Shown: piece after piece, positions 24,301-36,770 of the stretch
Layout: each line of letters begins with the position of its first letter
Position numbering within the stretch: the first letter of the stretch is position 1
DNA from: Paragordius varius
Lineage: Eukaryota; Animalia; Nematomorpha
Reading direction: 5' to 3'
Length of the DNA stretch: 64,000 bases
NCBI GenBank assembly: GCA_964247055.1
Contig: OZ176051.1
Location: forward strand, 1,116,001 to 1,180,000
Translations under genes and position numbers: made by a program
Notes under the pieces: model-generated
Told to the model about the DNA's origin: nothing
Seen by the model: only the letters and a program-made list of their open reading frames with translations
The model's database searches: none

Positions 24301-27300
24301 TCTCTCTTTTGAAAAATATGCAGATGATATTGGTCTGCTTATTAATGATTTTGAAACGATTTTCATCTATAAATAAACTTGAAGACATCGCTATTTTTTT
24401 ATCATGCCCATTTAATAATAATAATAATGTTGAATATATTGCTCAAAAACTCAGCCACTTTCTTGGTGTACCAAATTTAGCAGAGTTGGAAGAGGAATTA
24501 ATAAATGTTAAATGCGATATCCATCTAAAATCATTAGGATCAGATATATATAAATTTATAAATAAAGATAAATACCCCCATATTTGGAAAACCGCTGCAT
24601 TATTCAATTCTTTTTTTGGATCCACATATTTATGTGAATCGGCTTTTTCAATTATGAATGCTATCAAAACTAAACAGAGGTCACAATTAACTAATAAACA
24701 TTTAGAATCCTGTTTGAGAATTGCTTTGACTTCATTTGAACCTAATTTAGATAAACTTTCTGAATTTTTTCGCAGTCGGGCGTTTTAAATATTTTTTTCT
24801 TTATTAAATATGGATGTTTATCGAGTTGTATTTTCGCTTAGGAAAAAGCCGATTTACTAAAAAATATGTGGATAGAATTAAAACTGATACAATTTTAATG
24901 TACTCTTATTTATGTTCAAATTATGGTTCTAAATTGGAATGCTATTTTTTATTTCTTTTATTTTTTGTATCATAATGTATTCTCCCCTGTAATTTCAAAT
25001 GCATTGTTTAAATTTTTATATTGTAAAATTATAATAGAAATTTAATAAATAAATATTTTGAAGTGTTTTATGTTGGTTAAAAAATTAAGGTAGTTAATAA
25101 CCCGTTGTCTTTTAATTAAAATTATTTTTGTATTTGGTTGATAGATAAAAAAAATTACAATTTTAAAATGGTTTAAACAAGTCACTCTAATCTGTAAAGC
25201 AGGTATATACATCATTTAAAGTGTTGATTGAGTTTTTTTGATAAATATTTCTGGGTGACCGCGAACTCTTTTTTTAACAAAAAAGCCAAAAAAAAGCTCG
25301 CGACAAAAAAAGTGTGGCCACCCCTGTTATATAACATATATATATATATATATATATAAATATCATATCTATATAGCATTATTTCTATTTTAAATCAAAA
25401 AAAATCTTGAAGCGCGCATATTAAGTATTAAAATTTTGAAGCGCAGAACCACACCCATTTATACCTAATCGCAATGCAAGGTTGTTTAAAATATATAACC
25501 TCTAAAAATAATAACTTTAATCTGATAACTATACAAATTATTTTATGAAAATTAAAATCTATAAATTAGAAATAATTTAATTCAATTAATAATTACCGTA
25601 AGATCTTCGCTTTCCTCGATAATATGAGTACCAATCTTAACGTTGGGATTTTCTTTCAACAATTTAATGAGCTGAGACAATTGTTGAAGACATTCGGTCC
25701 ATTGTGTCGCTTTCATGCAAGCGTTCAACTGAATAAAAAACAAAAAAAATAATTTTAGATCACAATTATCATTTTTGGGGTTTGAAAATAATTTGCCATA
25801 TGAGTAGCTAATAGAGAAATAACAGTGTCAGTACAAAGGATTTTTTCGTTTTTTCTAGTTTAAATACTGACAAACCTGTTTTTGTGCGGTACAGAGGTTA
25901 CTCAAAAAATCACAAAAAATTTTTTATAGTTTGCAACTAGAACTAAAAAATTTTGTAAAAAAAGGTCCGCACAAAAAATTTCTTTATGAGCATATGGGGA
26001 AAATAAGAAATGAATACCACGTCCATTTACATGTAAAAACTGATTAACACATTAATTATTTAAAGATTTATCATGTATACAGAAAAAATTATAAAAGCAT
26101 TTATAAAATTAGGTAATCTATTTGGTTGTGAATAAGTATTTGTAGATTTGTTAATATTTGAGTACTGTCTTTCATCAAACTTTTGCATAAGCCTTTTTAA
26201 AAAGTGTAAAGTTCTGGAGATAAAAAATTATCATTATTATCAATTTTTTCGATATTAATAATTTCGTTTATTAATTTATTATTATTATTCATATTAATAA
26301 TAAATGTTATTAAGATAAATTGTGAGTCAATAATACTTCCAAAATAAAATTAAATATTAAAAATAAGATATTTGCTTAATATAATGACTGATGTTTCATT
26401 GTAATAACAGCAGATAAATGTAAGAACATACGCAAATTAAAAGATCACACTTTCGGACAAAAAATGTAAATCCAAATCGCACAAAAGGAGCTAAAAATGA
26501 TCAACTCACAAAAATGTTTTGACTGTATATCCGATTCAAGCGAGAAAATTGAAGAAAAATTAGTCATATACATTTAAATAACTTTTCCTTATTAACGTTC
26601 TAAAAGATCCAAAAAATTATGATAAAATCAAACCTTTTGATTGTAATCAAAGTATGAAGCTACAAGATTGAAACTAATCTTGATAATAAGTGGGGCATCC
26701 ATACTCCCATCCTCTTGAGCGATTTTGAGGAGTTCCTTGAAAAGAGCGACGGGCTCAGTATTTGCCGCGTTTGATAAGGAGGAGGGAAGCCTTCTCCCTC
26801 GACTCGCAATCACTTCCTGAACCTTTTTCAACAAGGCTGCCCGTGTGATTTCTTCATCGGGCCCAAATAGTTGAACTTGCTTTTTCTGTCAAACCAAAAT
26901 AAGGATAATTTTTTACAATAATTGTTATCGACTAGCTTTAAAATGTAATTTTTACTAAATAATTAAATTGTTTTTTGCAAATGATAATTAAAAATTAATA
27001 TTAAGCATGGTGAATTCCCATACTAAAAAAGTGCAAAAATATGTGGGCGTCTTTGTTTTGACCGTTTTCTTTATTTACCCTAATTACTGTATAAAAATAT
27101 GCGGCAAAAAGAATTTCCTAATTTATTAGGGGTTTTAATATTGTTCAAGCTGTTTTCTAATAAACACATCAACATTTATTTATAATCACGGGAATGTTTT
27201 TAACCATATATTCTTAAACAAAATATAACCGTAATTCAAATTTAAAGCAAATAACTTAAATTATTAAAAAATCTAAGGAGAACGCGAAAAATTTGAAAAA

Positions 27301-29163
27301 TTTAATTAAAAAATAAAAGAAACAAATCGAAGGATGAGTGCAAATTATTGTCACCGAATGGAAAAAATATTTCAAAAAATGGGCTGTCATTGATTTGGAT
27401 TTTTATAATAGATTTTACATTTTATCTTGAATTTTTTGGGAGGGGACGCAAGAATTATAATTTATTTAGTAAGACGTAAACAAAAAAAGGTTGAAAACCA
27501 CTGTTTTAAGTAATTTATCCCAAATATTAAACTTAAATCTTTGTAAGTTTATTAAATAATTTAAACCAAATACTAAACCAAATACTAAACTTTTAATCGA
27601 ATTAAAGATCATTGGTGGCATGAAATTAAGCGCTCTAATTATTTAGTCAAAAATCTAAACCCAATAAATACTTTATAGGGTCCACGCTGAACTCCTTTCG
27701 TGACAGATTCCCATTTGCCTTCGTCTTCGCCCTCTTCTTCGTCTTCTTTTTTGACTTTTGTGGCTACAAAAAAACATTTTTAATTAACGTACATAAAAAC
27801 AAAATTAAGACAAAAGGTTAGAGAAATAAAATGTAATAAAAACCGTCAGATTTGCGTTTTTCTTTCTTTTTCTCTTTCTCGCCTTCATCTGTAGTCGTCC
27901 TATAATTAAAAAATAAAGCAAATATCCAAGTTTTTTAAATAAAAAGTCGCACAAAAGAAAAATCTGCTAATTTTTTAGGAGGTCAACCGAAATAATAGCA
28001 CAGCCTTAAACTCACCATATTTAAAAACCCCGTTTTAGATTATCCATATTAAAAAAATATAATATTGTTGTAGCTTTATATAAACACCACATTTACTTTA
28101 GACTTTTGTAGTATTATATTAAAAAACTTAAACTTTTACTTCAAACGTTTAGTTTTAATTTATATCTTAAATTTTTAATTGCAAATAAAAAATCTACTTT
28201 TTCAAAAATTTAGCCGCTAGATTTGATTTCTTTTCGTCCTCGGACATGGAGGAGGCATCACTTTCCGATTCTTCCCAATCGGTGGAGCCTTGCTCGTCAT
28301 CGAATCTCACTTTTGCTACTTTTTTATGATCGGCTAAAAATGAAATGAAAAAAGTTAAATGGTACTAAATAACATAATATAAGATGATTCACGCATTAAC
28401 AATAAATATCAATAAATTTAATAATTCGTTTTAAAAAATTAAAGATAAATTAAATAAGGTAAAATTACAATACAACTAGTTTTGATTCCAGAATCGAGGG
28501 AACAAGTAGAAAAAAATGAATAAGAACAAAAAAGGTTAAAATATTACTTTTTATTTCAGTCGTCACCTCCTCGTCTTCTGCGTGACTTGCTGTTTGGTTA
28601 TCACTTTGAATTTCCTCATTTTCTGAAAAATCTTCTAGTTTTTCCTTCTCCCGAAAATTCGTTATAAAAGTTTCGTAATCTTTATTGTATTTCTTTAATT
28701 TTTGCCGTAAAGATGAAAGACCTCGAGAATTATTTTTGCTCATAGATTTTTTGGCATCTTTGTCGTCCCAACATTCATTAACAAAATTTTCCAATTCAAT
28801 CAAGCAACGTAAGAAGAAATGTGGTGGTGAGCCATTTTTTTCGTCAAGAACTCCCTTGGCTTTAGCGTATATTTTTTGGAGTTCCTCAAAATCCGACAAA
28901 ATCTTACACATGTCCTTAATTTTCCGATGATTTTTTATCTGTTTTATAATATTCATCATTTCTTCTTCTCGTTTATCCTTCGAGCTCCGTACTTGTCGCT
29001 TAATTTCATCCTCATCATCACTTAACTGATATGTTCTAAAAATATTTTATATATATTTAACAAACTTTGTGGGAATTTGCGGTTTAAACGATGTTATAAT
29101 CTCGCTTTCGTCACTTTCCGTATCAGAATCGGATCCACCAGCTTGTGCAAAAAATTTCGACAT
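18345..29163 (-). CDS. EIF3C: Translation initiation factor 3 subunit C, multi-exon (about 13 exons; the hAT lies in the intron between ~25597 and ~22336)
   Basis: [14 protein letters not shown] start, [86 protein letters not shown] and a PCI-domain C-terminus. The last exon (18439-18345) is inferred from phase and a low-complexity tail. Confidence 0.95.
19829..20413 (+). repeat. ~125-bp direct duplication (19829-19953 and 20290-20413) bracketing MITE A copy 3
   Basis: GGATGAATGAAAAACATGCTTGTTTGCAT...GCTAACTTTTATATTAT occurs twice with scattered substitutions. Confidence 0.9.
19950..20263 (+). mobile_element. MITE family A, copy 3, in an EIF3C intron
   Basis: Complete TATACCATTT...AAATGGTATA termini, 21-bp arrays, and an interior colinear with copy 1. 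Confidence 0.9.
22594..25326 (+). mobile_element. Full-length Buster/SPIN-type hAT DNA transposon, 2733 bp, inside an EIF3C intron
   Basis: TIR CAGGGGTGGCCA at both ends and a perfect 8-bp target duplication TTATATAA (22586-22593, 25327-25334) with the central TA typical of Buster elements. Confidence 0.95.
22971..24788 (+). pseudogene. hAT transposase (GTF2IRD2/SPIN-like) split into three ORFs by two frameshifts (~23500, ~24358)
   Basis: N-terminal zinc motif (CICLIC...NIERHY), then QLDESTD, TDGAPAM, HCIIH, VRWLSR and [10 protein letters not shown], followed by RSQLT..HL of the dimerisation domain. Confidence 0.9.
25336..25358. repeat. (AT)n microsatellite next to the hAT right end
   Basis: Directly visible dinucleotide run. 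Confidence 0.9.
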
Positions 29164-29259
29164 GTTAATAAAAAACGGTCTTAGAAAAGATTCGTTGCTG
29201 ATGTAAAAGACACATGGTGGTTTAAATAAACATTCAAATTTTTACGTAATAAAAATACA
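29164..29259. promoter_or_regulatory. Probable bidirectional promoter between EIF3C and GNPNAT1
   Basis: Only 96 bp separate the divergent start codons, so this is inferred from position. Confidence 0.55.
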
Positions 29260-29896
29260 ATGCAAACAAAACAATTTCTTTTTGATAGTTCCGTTTTGGA
29301 AGAATTGTTAAAGATGATGCCTGATATGGATCTCAAACATTTATTTGACACAGATTCAATGTTTCATATTAGGTCGTTATCCATCGATGATTACAAAAAA
29401 GGTGCTATTTTCTATATATTTTTAGGATATATTGGATTACTATCCCAATTAACTACGATTGGAAATGTAAGTGAGGAATTATATAAAAGTATATTCACCT
29501 AATTTTTAGATACTTTTAATAATATGTTAAATCTCCCCAATTCCTATTATATTTGTGTTATTGAAGACCGACAAAGTTCTCAGATAGTGGCATCTTGCAC
29601 TTTATTTGTGGAAAAAAAATTTATACATTCCTGCCAAAACGTAAAAATTAAATGTAATTTTAGCGTGGCCGTATTGAAGATTTAGTCGTCGATAAAGATT
29701 ATCGTGATAAAAAATTTGGAAAAATGTATTTCTTTTATTTTATTTCATTTTTAGTTTAGTTATGTTAATGACCGCTTTAGGTAAACGCTTGGGCTGTTAT
29801 AAAATATCGCTGGATTGCAAAAATGCACTAATCCCATTTTATTTGAAGTGTGGATATGTGAAGGAAGAAAACAATTACATGTGTGTTCGATATTAA
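29260..29896 (+). CDS. GNPNAT1: Glucosamine-6-phosphate N-acetyltransferase (GNA1), 179 aa; exons 29260-29401, 29426-29488, 29510-29640, 29664-29725, 29755-29896
   Basis: The spliced CDS is 540 nt. Motifs LLSQLTTIG, YYICVIED, LFVEKKFIH, RGRIEDLVVDKDYR and LGCYKISLDC...FYLKCGY. Introns are 24, 21, 23 and 29 nt. Confidence 0.95.
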
Positions 29897-30278
29897 TATC
29901 CAAAAATATAATGGATGTTACTAAGTCTATGATTAATATGCAATGTGATTATATTTATTTAATAGTTAAATTAATAAATTTATTTATGGACCATATTTTT
30001 GGCATAATTATTGTTTTCTTGTTTCGAATAAAGTTTCGACTTAATATTTATTCGTTTGTTTTACATGTCATCAATGTTCTAAAATTGGCTCATACACAGG
30101 GCTTAAAACCATAATCGGATCCGGTTTAAAATATTGTGTCCTTCCTCGTCTAAACAGCTAAACCAGTAATAATCGTTTTCAAATAATATAAAAATATTCG
30201 TTCAGGGTCACAATCAATTATTGCGCTTATAACAGATTTTAGGAATGTAGAAAACACTATATGATCCAATAATAATAG

Positions 30279-31590
30279 TTGGTTGGTTGGTTTTTCCTAA
30301 GTCGTAAACGACTTTTTTGATATAGTTTTAACTATTTCTTTCCATTTTCTTCTATCTTTTACCGCTCTATAGAGATCGTTTAATGTCATTTTAGTATCTT
30401 CTTTTATCGTATCCAACCACCTCATCGGTGGTCGGCCTCGTTTCCTTTGCCCTTCTACCTTCCCAAACATTGTATCTTTCTCCAGAGAATTCGATCGCAT
30501 GACATGACCAAAAGTTAACTTTCTTTTTAGAATTATCTCCAGGATGTTTGTTTTAGGTTTTATTTCTGTAGTTAGATTTCCATTCTTAATTTTATCCTCC
30601 CAGGTGTATCCTAGCATCCTACGCCAGCAGCTCCTTCCAAAAGCCATGAGCCTTTCTTTGTCCCTTTTTCTGAGAGTCCAACTCTCACATCCATTTGTGG
30701 TGACCGGGAGAACGAAACAGTAGAGTAATCTTTTTTTGGTTTCAACTCCTACGCTTTTGTTTTTCCAAATCTTTATTAATTTGGTCATCGCTTCTCTACC
30801 CAATCTTATTCTCTTTCTGATGTCAGGAGTTGAAGACCCATCCTCTGAAATTATTGCGCCCAAAAACGTTAACTGTTTAACTATTTCTATTTCTACTCCT
30901 TCTATAATAATTGTAGGCTTTTCTCCAGTGCATAATATTTTTTTGTTAGGATTAAGCTTAAGACCATAGCTCAAACCTTCCTTTCGAATCTCTTCAATCA
31001 TTTCTTTCAAATCATTTACACTTTCAGCTATAAGAGTGGTATCGTCGGCAAACCTTAAATTATTGATTGTTCCTCCCTCCTATTCTTACTCCAATATTAT
31101 TACCATCTAACTTCCTCATTATTATTTCTGTGCACATATTGAACAGATAAGGGGATAAGCAACACCCTTGCCTGACTTCTTTCAAGATAGGTATTTCGTC
31201 TGTGTCCCCCGCTGATGTTCTAATAATCGCTCTTTGTTTTACATAGAGAAAGCTAATCAATCTTTTTAAGTGAGACGATACCCCTACTAACTTTAATGTT
31301 TCCCACAAGGAGTCATAGTTAATCGAATCGAAGGCTTGTCTGTAATAAAGGACATGTATAATTCTTTCTGGAACTCTTTAGATGTTTCCATTATACTTCT
31401 TATGTTTGAGATATGGTCACTTATGCTTTTTCCCTCATAAATGCGGCTTGATTTTGTGGTATTTCTGACTGTATGATACTGTGCATCCTGTTTTGTATTA
31501 TTTTTAAGACCTTAGTAGCGTGGCTAATAAGAGATATGTTCCGATAGTTCTCGCACTGGAGTACATCTCCTTTTTTCGTATAAAATGGTA
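30279..31590 (-). mobile_element. 5'-truncated, frameshifted RTE-clade LINE
   Basis: RT motifs NYRNISLISH, VRQGCCLSPYLFN, RFADD-like (tcgtcggcaaa at ~31040), FLGAII..DG, GCESWTL and GQRKRGRPPMRW. The 3' tail is a tandem repeat (AACC)3. Confidence 0.9.
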
Positions 31591-31689
31591 ACACAATAGT
31601 CTGAGTTATTAAAATATTAATAATAGCTTCAATTTTGGCGAATGGTTACGATCTGCCGCATATTGACACAAATTTTATACCAGAAAGTG

Positions 31690-32815
31690 GTAAATCATTA
31701 CCGGTTAAAAAAAGAGACGTGAGTGAAAAAATCGCAGACGATTAATTTGATACATACCCATTTTTATTTATCTGAATTACCAAAAACACCACCATTTGAG
31801 TTCGCGAAAAATTAGTGTCTTACTATCATTCGGTAATCATATCGAATTTCATCCCGGAAAAAGAAAATTTGCCTAACGCATCGCCATCAGAAGAAAAAGG
31901 CTGTTGAATGTTTTTGTTTGCTAGCACAGACAAATGGTGACTGCTCTATCGATCAACATATTTGGACATGGTTTCGAAATATTAAAAGTTTGAAAGAGTA
32001 TAGGCGCACTTGTAAATCAGACAAGTGTGAAAACGCTAAAGTACAAGATTTATTGGATAATGACTCAACTCAAACTCAACGGTGATTGGCAGAAGCATTA
32101 TTATCACAAAAACAATCAGCAGAACGAGTAATGGACCAATATCAAATGCCACATATCAAATGTACGTCAAATCGAAAATTCCAAAGTGGCATGTGAAATC
32201 CTGCTCCACTGTCGCGAAAGGAAATATTTTTGCCACGAATTGTTACGGGTTATTAATGGCTCTATTTATTCAAAGTGGAAAAATATGGCATTATATTGTC
32301 GAGACGGTCCATTCACACCAAGGCCAAATCGCTTCGGCAAGAAAACCATACTCTGTGTCTAATGGGACGCATGGTGATATTTTGTCTATAATAATCGCTA
32401 ACAATTAATTTCAACCATGCATTAATCGAAGGACGACCGAAATTGGGAAAGTGATTTTTCTACGTGACAATGCTCCGTCTTACACAGCAAAACCAAAAAT
32501 ATAATTGCATAGATGAAAAATTCCTTTGGATCCGCTGAAATGATTGACCTGGCGCCATCTGACTAATACATCCTCGCATCAATGGGGCCCACCCTAGCAG
32601 AGCAGCACTTCACAATTTAGAAGACTCTTGAAAATGATTTGAGGAATGATTGGCCGTACAGAAAATTATTTTTTCTGGTATGGCATTTATATATTAACTG
32701 AGAGATTGGCAAAATGAATAAAAGCCCATCTGCAATATTTTGGAAAAATAAATAATTGATCTTCTTTCAAAATTACATTTTTTAACTAAAAAACGGGTAA
32801 ACTGACTACACCTAC
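31690..32815 (+). mobile_element. Decayed mariner transposon, Mos1-like
   Basis: Fragments WFRNIKS, LLDNDSTQTQ, RPNRFGKKTILCV, IFLRDNAPSYTA and LAPSD-like/PTLAEQHF parallel the Mos1 transposase. Many stops. Confidence 0.8.
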
Positions 32816-33679
32816 GTTGGTCAGAGAAAATAAACGTTTAATTAAGATGCAAAATGTTTAATTTTTACACTAATTAAATAGAGTAGGATAAACATTCATT
32901 AATAAAAATATTTTTTAAATAAAAGTTATTACTTTTGAACAATTAATATTTTAGGAGGAAAATCTGTAAAACAAATGGTTGGTATCTTATATATTGTAAG
33001 GCATTTCTTTAACCAATTCGAAACTTTATACGAAAATCTTGAAAAACGATTAACAATTAAATTTAATTTTTGTCTTTTTTGGGGGCTTACACATATTTAC
33101 ATAAAAATTAGGGGTTTTTTATAAAAAACATTTAAGGAAATATAAAAATTGGGACATCTCATTTAGTCCATAAAAATTAATTAGGGGAAAACTATATACT
33201 AGTTGAATAAATTTCGTTTACAAAGTTTTTATGAATGGTCCCTAATGTTGTTATTTATATTCAGCAATAATTAATATTTACAGCATGAATTAATTATTAT
33301 TACAAGTAATTTTTGTAGAATATAAAAAATCAAATTCAAATATAAAAGGTATTTGGCAAATCATTTGAAAGTAATTACACAACTTTGCAATAAAAATCTG
33401 GGCGACTCATTTTCCAACCTTACATTTTTTAATAATAATTTAATTGATATCGTTGAGATTATTTTACAACTAATTGATGATTTTTGCGATTGGTTATATT
33501 TTTCTTTCAAGAAAATATATAAATATAATAGATTTATTACATGTATAAACATAACAATTTATAAACCATGTCATAAACAAAATATAAATATCAACAGTTT
33601 TTCTATTGTCCTGATTCGAATTACAATTGAATAATACTTCGTTCTTCCTCAGATCTTTTATACTCTAACTGAACTTTAG

Positions 33680-36600
33680 AATGTGAGTTGAATTGAAAGC
33701 GAGGATTTTTCACGAGTGCTACTGTCAATCACTTTCCTTTTCATTTCGATTATACTATCTGATTGGGGACTTTGTCTCTATCAAAAAGAAATATTTTAAC
33801 AACAAAAAAACAATCAACCATATTCATAAGATTAACTGGACAAAACTAAAAAGCTTTTAACTAAACATAATTGTTCCAAAAATTACCGGAAAAATTTTGT
33901 TTGGAGTTATGGTTAAACTGTTTCGATGAATTGTTGGAGTTTCGCAAATTCCTTTGTCTGAACCCCAAAAGGAAGTTGTATCCAAAGATACCGACTGATC
34001 ATCATTTTCTTGAGTGGTATTATTGGTTTCATTATTGAACACACTGTTTATTGGGTTTAGGTCGTTATTTTTTTGTCCTTTTTCTAACATTGGGCTCTTG
34101 GTGTATTTTGTATTAGATTTTACATGAAAAGATTGCGTTCGAAAATCGGCATCGGTAGAATTGATAAAAACACTTTTTGTGTTGGTCGAATCATTTAATG
34201 AATTTCGATTAGAATTTTGTAAAATGGAAGAAATATTATAAGTTCCTTGTGAGGGAACTGTACATGTTGCATTTGCAGTAATTTGTTTTTTATTATGTGC
34301 ATGATACATTGTTTCAAGTTTATCTGTTTTAGCATCCGTCATTTTGCCAGAGAATGCAGGTCCTTTGTTGTCTGAAATCAAATTGCCATTTTTAGAATAT
34401 TCGCAGTTGTTATTTAATGGATAGGGTCGAATATATTCATTGTTTGAAAAGGGTAAGGAAGTGGCAACATTGCGATTGGCGTGCGAATGGTGGAATGAAG
34501 AAACGTTTTGGGAATAGAAGGCGCGAAATAATAAATAATTTTCTATTTAAAAAGATAAAATATTATCTTAGCAAAATTTGGATTAAATATTTTAAAATAA
34601 ATTTATATTTATCTGGTTAGTACGAAAGGAAAATTTAAAAACTAATCTTGTAAGTTTAAATATAAATTTTCTCATACAGATCTTTTTAAAAGGAATATTA
34701 CTTTTAATCCTATTCAAACGGTTGCATTTGATTTTGCGGTATGTCTAAAGTAAATGGATAAGTAACAGTAAAAATTAATTACAATTCAATATACATATCA
34801 ATTTTATATGTTGCGATTTGAAACAATGAGTTATATTTTAACAAATAAAGTTTTAAAAAGTATAATTGTCTTTTAGAAAAAAAATCTGTCTTAATATTTT
34901 TACATTTTATCCGTATAATTTCAATTTTTACTGTAATCAGATACGATTTGGTTAAGTTTTTGGATATTTATTAGTGTTTTAAAAAGCCCTAACGGGATGG
35001 TTTATTATCAATACATGGCATATTGCCATTATTTATTCAATAATAAGAATAATAATTTATAATGATGAAAAATGATAACATTTCACTTATACTTGACTTT
35101 AATATTATTATTATTGTATTATTCAATATAAATCTTCATTTAGTGATTAAATATGAATGTAAGACACATTCTTATATTGTCTTTTTATAATTCAAATTGA
35201 GTGTTTATTTAAAATCTGTACCAATTTTTCCAATTGCAAATATTTATTATTCTACAAATTTTAGATTTAACTTTATACCATATTATGGACTGAACTGGAC
35301 TGGACTGACTTCTTAACTAATGTTAATTGAATTAAGGTTCGAAGAAAACTGAACAAAAACTTTAATTATATTAACCACCACATAAATTCTTTTTTGCGAA
35401 ATTTATAGAGTTATATTATTTAAATATGTCTCTGAGACTAGAATACTTATTACGATGTACTACAATCGATTAAAGCTATATTATGATGAGTACTAAGTAC
35501 ATGTTTTAATAAATTGTGACATAAAATATTACATAATTGACTTGATTATTGTATTGATAGATTGGGAATGATGACATTTGTTTGTTAACGCACTCTGAAA
35601 ACGGACTCTAATAAACAGATAAGTTTTGTATAAGAAAATTAAATTAGCTTATCTTAAATTCAGATATTTTTATTGAGAGATAAAAATTAATTAATTACCA
35701 GGTAATTATTGTTTTGGTTGTTTGATGAATGTCCATCTTTTTGACTACATTAAAAAATAGATATTATAATTTAAAAATTTAACATTGGGAAATTGGGATA
35801 TTTTTCGTTTCTGGCATATAAAAACCATGCAATAAGAGAGTTTAGTTTTGTTTGATCTAAAAATATTTTTACTCTTTCTCAATTTTGGACAATAAATGTT
35901 TTGCCGGCTACAGTAACCCTTCTTATATATCTCTATTTGTCAAAATAATGGGTAACCCAATTCCGCGGTAGATTTTTTTCTTAATATATTTTCGTTTTTT
36001 TGTTTAAGTGGGAAACCTCTTACTTTGTATTTCAAATAATTAAATCTTATTTTTATTTGAGGCCGTCTGTTACAATTTTGTGGGAAACTTAACTGTTTAA
36101 TCCAATAATAAAATTATATTATCGTCAACAATATCAATTTTGAGACAAAGTCAAAGTTATATGCAAATGTTGTATAACATTAACTTTGGTCTGTATCAGA
36201 AAAAAATAAGCATACAGTTAACTATTGTGATGTTTCTACCTAAATTTTTAAGCAAAGCGTTACTTTATTTGACTGTATTTTAATCGAACATAGCAGAAGA
36301 AAGTTTCAAAATGCATTATTATATTGCCTATCACTCAATATACTAAGATTTCATAGGATAATAAAATTTTAAATAAATGCTGACCTCAGAACAAAAAAAT
36401 TAGTCATAAATTTGTCCAATTGCGATTCATAGTAATGATTTAGGTCCATGGCTTTGTGCGCTGCGCAAATAAAGTCTGTTGTGTTGCCATTTGCTGTTTG
36501 AGTTCTCAATTCACTTTTTGTTGAAGATTTTAATAATTTTTCCACAATAATAAAGTTATGATTACAAAACGGACATTGTTTTTTCTCTGAGCTTGTGTTT

Positions 36601-36770
36601 TGGATTTTTTCAATTTCACTTACTTTATGATATGATAAATCATTCTCGATGTGCGCAGGAGTAATATCGAAATTGGGAATGTCTTTTGCAAGTTGGTTGT
36701 CCGGGCAAACAAATTTATTTTTAATTGGGGGTGATCTTGTAGAATATATATTGCCATCATCTGTATAATG
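33680..36770 (-). CDS. Unidentified Ser/Thr/Asn-rich protein; putative exons 36770-36385, 34542-33887 and ~33778-33680
   Basis: Long open frames (about 128 and 218 codons) in ~75% AT DNA, bounded by AG/GT sites. The phase link between the first two exons is unresolved, and no domain is recognised. Confidence 0.45.
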
